NCBI GenBank assembly: GCA_963924565.1
Contig: OZ004608.1
Location: forward strand, 17,360,001 to 17,424,000
From: Ascidiella aspersa
Taxonomy: Eukaryota
DNA: 64,000 bases
Reading direction: 5' to 3'
Part shown: piece after piece, positions 54,001 through 64,000 of the stretch
Position numbering within the stretch: position 1 is the stretch's first letter
Layout of the letters: every line of letters begins with the position of its first letter
Position numbers and translations under genes: made by a program
Notes under the pieces: generated by a model
What the model was told of the DNA's origin: nothing
Databases searched by the model: none
The model's input: only the letters and a program-made list of their open reading frames with translations

Positions 54001-57000
54001 GACTGGTTAACCGACCTGGTAAGATGCGATACGATGTACTGCAGCGTGTTGTGGTTAGGCATCGGCAGGCGGTTGACCGTGTCCCGTATCCGGCCCACTA
54101 GGGTGTCCAGTATTTCCCTAGACGGGGGTGGCGGCGCAGGTCGTCCCTCTTCTCGGGCCAGGTTGACAGCCTGGTTCGTTTCGGTAATCACAGTCTGGTA
54201 ATCCTGTAGGGAAAAAGTAGATTCTTGGTGTTTAATAAATACCATAGTTGATTTTAGTCACGAGAAGATATAGCGAAGTATGTTCGATAACGTTTTTTTT
54301 TTTCGCAAACGAGTTTTCTTTTACATTTTAGCACTGCCCGTTTATATTTAGAATATTGTTTTACACAAATGCAAAACATCTCAACGTTTCTATAAAAAGG
54401 AATAAAAATGGGCCCTTCGAACCTTTTCCATAAACAAAATTGCATACAAAATTAAATCTCATGCAGTTAGAAGAGACGAATTAGAAACTGGTAATTTCTT
54501 ATTGCATAAGGTAAAAGCTACCATTGTTAAAACCAGGTGCGTGTTATAAATTATGATAAAACAAAATAACTTTGATACACGTTTTGACTAAAGTACAAAC
54601 GCACAGAAAAAATTATTAAGAAGTCCACGAAAATATTCGACCAAATATTTGTTTATGCCTTACCAAACTTAAGCCAATAATAAATAGTCAAGATAAAAAG
54701 CTCAAATGACAGTGTATTTAGGGGTTGTTTTAAATAATAATAAAAATAACTAGAAAGTCTATAAAAAGCCTAAACAGGCAACAGGCAAGAGTTGTACTTT
54801 GTCTTTATATAAAACTTATTTTCCCAAACGTTGCATTAAAAAGAAGTTTGCTAATATTTGATTATCCTTGATTGACCAAGCGCCCAAATTAAAACCAGGT
54901 ATGCAAGTGATTTTGACGCTTTAGGTTGCCTTATCTCATCCGGTCATGTTCAGCAACTCGGCAAAAGTCGTTTTTACTTTAAGAAACACAACACAAGCCA
55001 GTCCCTTAACTTACCTTGGCTATCTGCAAAAAGGGCGTGTACAGCTCGAACCTCAGTAAAGGCTCGGGCAGCTGACGTAAAAAGCACTTGAGCACGCTGC
55101 TGACATCATGTGGCGAATGCACACTAAGGTCTAGGCTATTCGGCGATAGCTCGAACTGGGCGCAGATTTTCTCAACGCGGTTCTTCACGCCGTTAATTCG
55201 ATAGATACCCTGTGTATCGAACAGAAATTAGACATGTAAAGTAATACTGCATTCAACTAATGCAAGGAAATAACAGTGAATTTAAAACGCGCACGATAGT
55301 CACAGTTAGACCACCTAGAAAAAGCTGAACTATTAAAAAGCTGATTGTAATGTATTGTACGATGGCACTTCTTCCTTGTAATTAGTATTAATGGCAGTGT
55401 ATTTTATACTGTTAAATCCCAACCAAATGTTTGTTAGTGTTATTTTCCTATAAACCGCGCACCTTGGTGGTGAGAGCCCGGTTGTCGATCTCAGCTACGC
55501 ATCTTTTCACGACGTACGGAATACCGTCCAGTGCATCTTGGGCTGCTATCGAAAAGTCAACCCCGAAAACTGTGGCCTTCGGTGGCTTTTTCGGCAACTG
55601 CAAAGTAAAGTGCAATTATTAAAATCTTGACCGTTAGCAATCCAATCGCTTAACGACTTTGCAATAAATTAGCTGTGAACAACACAAACCGCAAGATGTC
55701 ATTTTCTTCACAAGCAATCACACGATTTAAAATAAAAAAGTTTAAAAAGGGGTTTTTTGCCAAGTTATCATTCCCCTTGTTTTAGTTTGAATTAGTTTAG
55801 TTGTAGTTGTTCACCTTTTTTGATTTGATAAGTTTACCTACCAAGGTAAAAAATGGCTACGTTGGTTCGCAATTCATAGCTGAAATTCGTAAATTAATTT
55901 GGTATCCGTTCCAATTCGATATTATTGAGTTCCCCTAACCCTAATTATCCCTACATAAAAATACAAAATGCAAAAATTAACTAAATTATTGGCGGATTCG
56001 TATCGTTAAAATGATTTGTGCAGTGTAATTTTTACAAGCAAATATTTACCTTAAAAGCCTCTCTGACGTTGGACACCATTTTGGCGGCTTGTTTGGTCAT
56101 CTGCGAGCGTTTGGCGACAGGCGAGGAATTCGGGGTTTGTCCCAAATCTGTGATTGGTCGAATAATGATTTGTAACAACAGTAGGCCTATATGAAAACTA
56201 ATATATATTATAGCTTAATAATAAACGTCAAACCCAAAAAGGACTAATACATATCGAGTAAATAATTTTAATAAAACTGTTTTGATACGCACTTGTATTA
56301 TCTTTACTAAATGTGACTATAGTCACTATGTGAAAACGTTATCCTAAAAGTTGCAAAAAAAATCCCAAAATTTGCAAACAGCCCCCAATGCGTTCGATAA
56401 CAAAGTTAATACCGCACGATAAACGCAAGTAGAGCCGGAAATCTGTTTCACACCAATACTTTAGCGTTGGTAATCAAGGTTTTCTTCTCTGTAATAAAAC
56501 GTGTAAAGTCTCCCAAATGAGCCATAAGTGGTAAAACATAAAAAAATAAACTTTCAGCTAGCCCTTTAATTTTACGAGGTAAGATACCAAATTTAAGTTG
56601 GTTTTCGAAACAGAAAAAAATTAAACTCGTTCCAACTTCATACCGCGATCAACCGGTAGCGCCAAAGAGTTGGTGTTCGTTTCCTTGACCGGTTCGTCCA
56701 GGACGTCCTCAGAAGAAAGCGAGCCCTCGGTGGAGGGGCGTCGGCCCGTCCTGGCACGGCTCAGGTCCCCGGGGCTGGTCGAGGGGGAAAAGTCCTCCAC
56801 TGATCGGCTGCTACTGCTCTCTGTGTCGCTGTTAACTGCCAGCGACATAAGTAAGCGACGTTAGGTTATAGCGTCTTTACTTATCAAATTGCTTCTTTCC
56901 GAATTGACACTAAACACGTGGTCTTAGAATATGCTCATAGAGAATAATTTTGCGGTAACTATTATTACATAAAAATGGCGACTTTACAACGCGCACGACA

Positions 57001-60000
57001 GTCACAGTTAGACCATCTTTGAGAGAATCTGCTTGAGAAAAAAATATCGTTTGTTTGAATATTAGCGCACACAGCGAAAAGCGAGAAAGAGTAGCTGCGC
57101 CCAACTCGACGGTTTTAGCGAGAAAAAAGGAAGGCTGGTTTTCCTTAATGCTTAAACAACAGTTCGAAAGATGGACAAAATAACTTTATACATTTTAAGC
57201 GACGTGCATTAAAACGAAACTTTTAAATTGGCCTATTTCATTCGTTGTTGCCTTGAAGGTAAATAAAAAATATAAAGAGTTTTGTCGACAAAAGGTATTA
57301 CAGAACTAAGAAACTAAAATATTTTTTTAAATATTGCACAATTCATCAGTAGGATGTGGTGTGCAGAACAAAAAATTTCAATAAATTCATGACCTGTAGT
57401 GTAATACATTAGGATATAACTTGAACAATTTTCAAGCCCTTTTTCGTAAAATAACTTTTTTTTCTATTGCCTATATTCAATATATATCGAAAGGATTAAA
57501 TACCAAAAATCTTTTCTTTTTTTAATATTTTGACAGTATTTAACAAAACCGAGAACATGTTCTACAAAAACGCTAGTATAAAAACAGTTATCTAATTTTT
57601 TTTCAAAAAATAATATTTTGGCGAGAATAATTCCAGGATTGTGTTAGAGGTAAGTCTCTTAAAAAGTGGCGGTCGCACCTTTGCTGCGTCGAGTCTTCCT
57701 CGAGGCTGTCTGGCCAGGCGACTCGTCGGTGTCGTTTTTAACTGCACAGACATAAACGCAAAAAGGTTATACAAGTGATTAAACATTTTTTAGGGGCGAA
57801 GAAGCTCACAATAACACTTCACGTTACAGAAGTGTTGTGTTACTATTCAAAGAGATTCAAACAACGTGACAAGATTAGGTAAATTTAATTAGACATAAAA
57901 CTACCTTACATCTACATAAAGTGATTTGTGTCGAAAAATTACAAGGGCCCTTACTTTGCGGACTAAAATCACCAATAATAAAACCTTAAAGGTAATGAAT
58001 GCGACATTTGAGTGACAATTGTTTGTATTTTTATGGTGCAATAATTTAATTTTGGGTGCCATTTTCGAACCCATTTTTGCAACAACTATACCAGAACAGG
58101 ATACGTTCGTCGCCAGTCCCCACCAACCTGCTTGTATAAGATAAGGCGCCCCTTCAACAGTGCAAGGCTCGAACACAAACTCTGCCCTCTGGTGGGTGGG
58201 TTGGGCCGGGAGATTGCGGATATAGTCGGAGTACTGGAAGCCCGGCTCGTACCGCCTCGCGTCCTCATACATGGCTTGGAACTAAAAAAAGGACCAAAAT
58301 TGTGGTTGTGTTATGTTGAGACGTACAGTGACGCGGTACTATATTTCTACACGTTAAGTGCGCGGGAAACAATTTTGGAGATTTTGTTACGGGACCAAAC
58401 GTTCTTTTTAGGCTGTTTAAATAACGTTTTTAATCTCGTGGTGTGTTATTTTAGTATCGTTACCCCTTTTAAAAAATATCTAAAGTTATGAAGTTCATCT
58501 ATTTGGTGAACCGTCGTTTGATTTTGGCAAGTATTTGGTTCAAAAACTTTTCGTAAGAATTATGTTTTTTTTTACAATTAACACCTTATTAGACAGTATA
58601 CGGCTTAAAACCTAGAAATAAGTTTTCTAAGCCTTAGCTTTCAAGTGAATTGCTAGCGGTCCATTAACACGCAAAGAGCAATCAGATGATTTTAAAGTTA
58701 TGTCGCACTGGCAAACTTTGGGTCCAAATTAGCATGTTGTGCAAAGCGCTAAACACATGGTCACTGGTCAGGATAAATTCTTTCAATTTTGTTACAAGGC
58801 GAAAATTGTTGCACTGAGATTAACGGCAAAAATTATTTACAGAAAAATGTTAAACGAAAATTGAAAACAACTTCCTATGGTTAATTGGCAAAACCTCAAT
58901 TGAGGGGGGCAAGTTTCTATCCTGTTTAGTCACTGTAGAAAAACGCAAAACAGTTAAGCAAAGCTTGAAAAAAGATAAAATGTGACACCGGCTGTTGAAA
59001 GGACACTGTTCTTTATTATACTGTAAATAACCCATAAGCTTTAAAATATTCTGATTTTTTTTACCTGGACGGGAAGGGGTGAAAAGAGGTTGTAGTGGTG
59101 CTGAAAATAGGCTACGGTGACAGTTTTTGCCGTCTGATCGCACTGACCGATTAGGTCGCGCAGCTGCTGAAGGTAAACGATCTGAAAGAACAAACTACTG
59201 TATATTTCTGCAGTCGAGCATAAATGTCACGATATAAGTTGCAGGTTCATGTGTTAGACGCATCAAACCAACCTTATTCTCCTCTAGTTCCCGCAGTCGC
59301 TTGTTGGCCTCGTTGACGTAGCTTTTGTAGTTGCGCTCTGCCTGTGTGGCCTGCAATTACGTATTTTGTTACGTTGACTGAGAAGTAAATATGCTAATAT
59401 AGGTAAAGGAACTCGAACAGATGAAAACTTGCAGTTTTGGTTGGGTCTTTGTATGAAAGCCTCAATTTTAACTGAGTTTATGAGGTTAGAAGACTTTTCA
59501 ATCACACTGGGAATTTATCATCCGGTCAAGAATTACTTTTTAAAATGTTGGGAAACAATGGTGTAAACTTTGCTTTAAAACCAGCTAAATTCGATCAACT
59601 ACAGAATTAACAGTATATACCTCTATAATGGTGGACATCATACATTATTGCCTTTATGACAAAAATGTTTGTATCGTTGTATTATTATAAACAGACTGAT
59701 TGCATTGGTAAATTATCGTGACCGACAATCAATGGTGTCCAACCTTGATGTTTGTGTCCTCCTCCAGTTTCTTCTTCTTTTCCATTTTTCCAGAAGCGGC
59801 GGCAGAATGAAGAACAGAGGAGAGAGTACCTGAGCCGACGCTGCTGCCATGTCGATGTGGGAGCATCTGTTGGCTCTGCTCGCCCTCAGCACGGATGGCA
59901 GCTTCCTTTGCCTTTTGGTACTCGTGTATCTTGGCTTGGTAAGCCTGCTTGGCCTTCTTCATATTGTTGATAGCGTCCTCCTAATAGACGAGTTAAACAA

Positions 60001-63000
60001 ATTGGTTTACCGCTATAATTGCAGGCGTTAAAGACACTTGTATGCCTAAGTTAAAATAAGAGAACAGCAGGCATAGTACCAATAATTGTTAGGAAAAGAC
60101 TGTCACAACAAGGATGAACAGCACTGTTTAGTTTCCTAATTTCTAGTACTTTACTAAGAACATATAAACATCTATCCCCGTTTAAATTAAAATATGTAAT
60201 TTTTAACAAGAAAATCGAGTAAAATTAACAAAACAAGCATTACCGATCGGCGCTTGTCTTTCTGCCACATGTCTCGAATAGATTTCCGCCTTTTGTCGTG
60301 TTCATTCTTTTTTGCCTGGAGTGGATCAATGAACTTCTGCTGCAGCAGGGAAGACTGGTACATTGTTTGGCAGTTACTAGCATATTCCTTGTCCTGTCAA
60401 CAATTGTTTGATATGTGTGTAATGTTATAAATGTTCACTATGTTGTCACATTGTCTGGCAAAAACACTTTGTCAAAAGAAAACTAAAATTTACAATAATT
60501 AAATATAGTAGTTTTAAACTATTGACATTAGTTTCACTTGGGACATTTCACTTGTTTGTTAACAAGCATTGTAATAATAAAAATAGCCAAACAATAACAA
60601 TTCCATACATGGTCAAGGGCAGTGCAGTAGAGCGATTGAAAGGGAAGAAAACTCTGTTCCGACAAATTGGTCTTGGTGGTTTGTGACAGTTTCAGTATCG
60701 ACTTTGCATGGTCAATTTCTAAAAACAAATACTCATTTTAATAAGCTATCAGGCAAAATCATTTCTTGAATAGAAAGTTTTTGTCAAAGAATAAAACATA
60801 ATAAGTCAAAACCAATAAATGTTTATGTGCAATAATTACCTTGATATAATTTTTCCATTATTTGTATAGTTAGGAACTATTTAATAATATGCCGTCAAAC
60901 TTTCTTAAAAATTACCAAACATTTCACACTTATTTTTAGTTACATAAAAATTCGCTCCACTTTTGTTTTAGTAAAACCCGTTTAGCCAAGTTTAGTTTGA
61001 GGTTAGGTGTTTATGTGTTTGGCATGTTCTTTAACTTAAAATCACTTTTTTTAATCCCTAATGTTGTGAAATTCAAGCAACAACCAGTACTACAAAAGTT
61101 CCCTCTTCCTGGATTAAAATATATATGTCAATAAGCTGATATCTTGCTGAAAGATAATTTGTTTGGCATTAAACAATATTTGGCCCTTTCACTTTGTGAC
61201 TACTACCTTAAAAATTGCAAATATTTTACTATTTTGGGCTAAAATTTAATAGCAAAAAGCGCTACAATGACAAAAAGATTCACATCAATCAAAATCTTTT
61301 TAAGAAATATAGCTGTGTAAATAGATAATCCCATTGAACAACCAACATTAAACTATGGCCGTTAGCTTTTGTGACTTAGGTGCTACAAATGCCAACAGGC
61401 GTCCGGCTTGTTGTTTGCTCAGCACAAGTGAACAGTTAAAACCTAATGGTTAACTACCCATAAACTGAAGGTCAGTTATAGGACACGACAATTTCAAAAA
61501 AATGTATTTGCACAATTGCAAAGAGTTTATGCCCTGACTGCAACTTTGACCATTAAGTTTTCTGTTGTTCCATCAAATCAGTGTTTAAATAAAAAAAGTG
61601 TGACGGGAAAGTATAGATAAGCCATTTATTTCATTTTTGTTATAGTATACAACTATACAGGACTTGTAATTTGTGTTATTCTGGTTAATAAACATATCAA
61701 CATATAATATATACACATTGACAAAACTGTGTGGAGAAACTTGAATTTTCTAACCTGAAAACCCACATGTCATAATAGCATAAGGTTAAATATCAAGTTA
61801 TATTATTACCTAACCTATGGTAATAGAAAATAGCTTTACAAAAAATCGTGGTATTACTTGTAAGATAAACTGCAGTTTTTAAAATTATGTATTTCATTTT
61901 ACAAGGTATGAGCAAAAAATAAAATTACCAAGTGCTGCCTTCTTCTTTACATAAGTTATCAGTTCGTTGAGGTACTTTGACAAAAGTTTGGCTCTGTCAA
62001 AAGACATCTCTATGCCACCATCTATCCTTTGCAGTAGGTCATCCACATTCTCTAACATGGGCGATGTGGTGCCTAAAAACACAACACATTTACATAAAGA
62101 TTTAAAATAAAGACAAAAGAAATCTAAAGTTAGACTTTGCAAACACTTCAATAAATTGTATAACAAAAGGATTATCTCTCGTTTCAGACTTAAAATCCAT
62201 GTTTTACTGTAGAAAATGTAAAACTCTTGGCAGCCATACCAACATTAAAAACATAGGCTTGAAGCTACATTTTTAGAGTATATTAGCCGCTGGCTACTTA
62301 CCATCATTTTTCAGCCCTTGTGCCTCAGTCACATCAGCAACTACGTCCACAGAATTGCGAAATTGAGAGGTTGACTGTTCCAGGTTGTCAAACGACTGTG
62401 ATGTGCTCTGTTTTAACATGACATTAACTCAGCTGCCACCTGCCTGTATGTGATGAGCACATCCTGCTGGTTTATTAACAGATCACACTGCTTTATAGAG
62501 GTAATCGGGTGGGTGTGCAGAAACCTAATGTACTGTTTATTTCCTACTGGTATTTCTGGGCTTATTATTTGCCATGCATTCAGATCAGGGTATTTTATAT
62601 ACACAAATTTTCTAATAAGGTTTTAATCTGTTCCCAAATAATATTGGTTTTAAATGGATGTATTGCTGAACACTTAGTGATTTTATTTGGGATTATGGTT
62701 AGCACTTAGGGACACATTGATACAGATTGTAACACCATTGGATAGAAGGTTAAAAGTTAGTGCATTATACAAATTCTTACCATTGCAAGTGGAGGACTGA
62801 ATTGTATGTCTCCCATAAGACATTCGGAGACACTATAAATAAGAAACACATGTTACTGATTCTAAATTTAAAACAAAATTATTACAACTAATAATGGTTT
62901 CTTTTATAACACATTTCTTTTCTAAACAATACCATAACAGTATAGCATACTGGGAAAAAGCATGTCTAAAGATCAGTATTGCATAAAGACATATTTTTAA

Positions 63001-63830
63001 ACCTGGTACAAAACGCCATTGCCAGATTATTGATGGCGCGGAATATATCTGGTGAAATGTCGACCAAATCATCTTCGTAGTTGAACTCTAGAACAATAAA
63101 ACAGAAACTTTACAACATAACAAACTCTAACCAAGTAGAGCACCAGTTGTAAAGGTCTGGAAAGCAAATAACCTAAACTAGGCTGAACAGGCATTGCAGG
63201 AAACTTAACTTTTTATTAAAGAATATATTGGCCAAAATTTACTTAACTATTCTATTATTGTTTATAGAAAACAAATTACAATACCAATTAAGAAAAACAA
63301 GTAGACATAGTATAAGAAGTAACATACTATGAGATTTTAAAAAGTTTCAACATCTCTCTTTTGTTGCTAAAAGTCACATACCTTTGACATGCTTGATTAA
63401 AGTCCCCGCAGCGCCCAAAATTTCGGCTGAGTTTAATTCTGCATATTTGTCAACAACCTGTTTGAGAACAGTGAGAAGTTCCCCAAGTCTTTCATGAGCC
63501 AATATTCGCACGCTTTTACCTAGAATCAAGTAACATTTAATCAAAAGAGTAACCTCAGGTAATTAAAATCAGCATAAAAGTAGATTAACGTTTTTTTCAT
63601 TTTTGAAGACTTTTAAAACAGATTATTTACCTTAAAAACGCTAACAATTAAAACAAACTGTTATTATAACAAAATTCACATTTTAAAAAGTATCTTACCC
63701 CTTTCTTCGATAAAAACAGTTTTAAGGGCAGTTAGGGCTTCAGAAAAGCGACGCAAGTCTTTAGTCAGCTGAAAAACCCCCTCCTGGTTCATAAGTCTTG
63801 CTTCACCATCAATGGAGGATGAACTTCCAA
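48097..63830 (-). CDS. 5'-partial F-BAR RhoGAP of the ARHGAP45(HMHA1)/ARHGAP29(PARG1)/GMIP family
   Basis: Exons: 63830-63699, 63519-63382, 63087-63003, 62832-62781, 62407-62302, 62072-61929, 60718-60609, 60393-60244, 59980-59744, 59350-59273, 59181-59065, 58281-58128, 57741-57679, 56835-56644, 56147-56050, 55597-55463, 55209-55015, 54203-54016, 53572-53486, 53268-53135, 51252-50984, 49915-49879, (49288-49211), 48806-48097. Motifs: AHERLGELLTVLKQVV (family N-terminal helical domain); F-BAR (DGGIEMSFDRAK.., ARRYEPGFQYSDYI); GAP (VFGVDF..GIPYVVKRCVAEID..GIYRING..HDVSSVLKCFLRQLPEPL..NKMTASNLAIVFGPTL). Confidence 0.92.
51363..51761. mobile_element. hAT-Charlie-like MITE in a RhoGAP intron
   Basis: Perfect 16-bp TIR caggggtcggcaacct / aggttgccgacccctg. 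TSD ttctaagc/ttctaggc. Internal short tandem ttcacagttgttctaatat x3. Confidence 0.92.
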
Positions 63831-64000
63831 CTAAATACAGTACAATAACTAAGATAATTTCAATCAGGTCAAAACATGCTTAAAATTAATACATTACACT
63901 TTTTATTAAAAAAAATACAAAAAGGTGCAAAATTATTATCATAAATTTGAATTTTTATACTTGAATGCAACACTTCAGGTAAACTTATTTAAAATAGGTG

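Overview
AT-rich, intron-containing animal DNA. Compact GT-AG introns, gene content and abundant hAT-type MITEs fit an invertebrate chordate, probably an ascidian (inference). Five spliced genes were rebuilt by hand. (1) The 3' part of a + strand membrane protein with WAP-like modules, a 43-aa higher-order repeat, an EGF domain and a ZP module (<1-4502). (2) A LURAP1/LRAP35 homolog with a 10-kb first intron and a C-terminal DDVTYL PDZ ligand (10972-23180). (3) A small - strand gene absent from the ORF track, encoding a signal peptide, an Arg/Tyr/Trp-rich cationic peptide and an acidic propiece, the layout of tunicate host-defence peptides; it has an in-frame TGA inside the mature peptide (27368-27628). 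(4) A complete 10-exon, 387-aa minimal Stealth-family (GNPTAB-like) phosphotransferase (42440-36722), plus a broken tandem paralog (32543-32864) beside a decayed hAT transposon. (5) An ARHGAP29/ARHGAP45/GMIP-family F-BAR RhoGAP that appears to lack the C1 domain (>63830-48097). The most novel-looking items are the cryptic peptide gene, the minimal Stealth enzyme and the repeat-bearing ZP protein. All homology calls come from motif recognition, not database searches.
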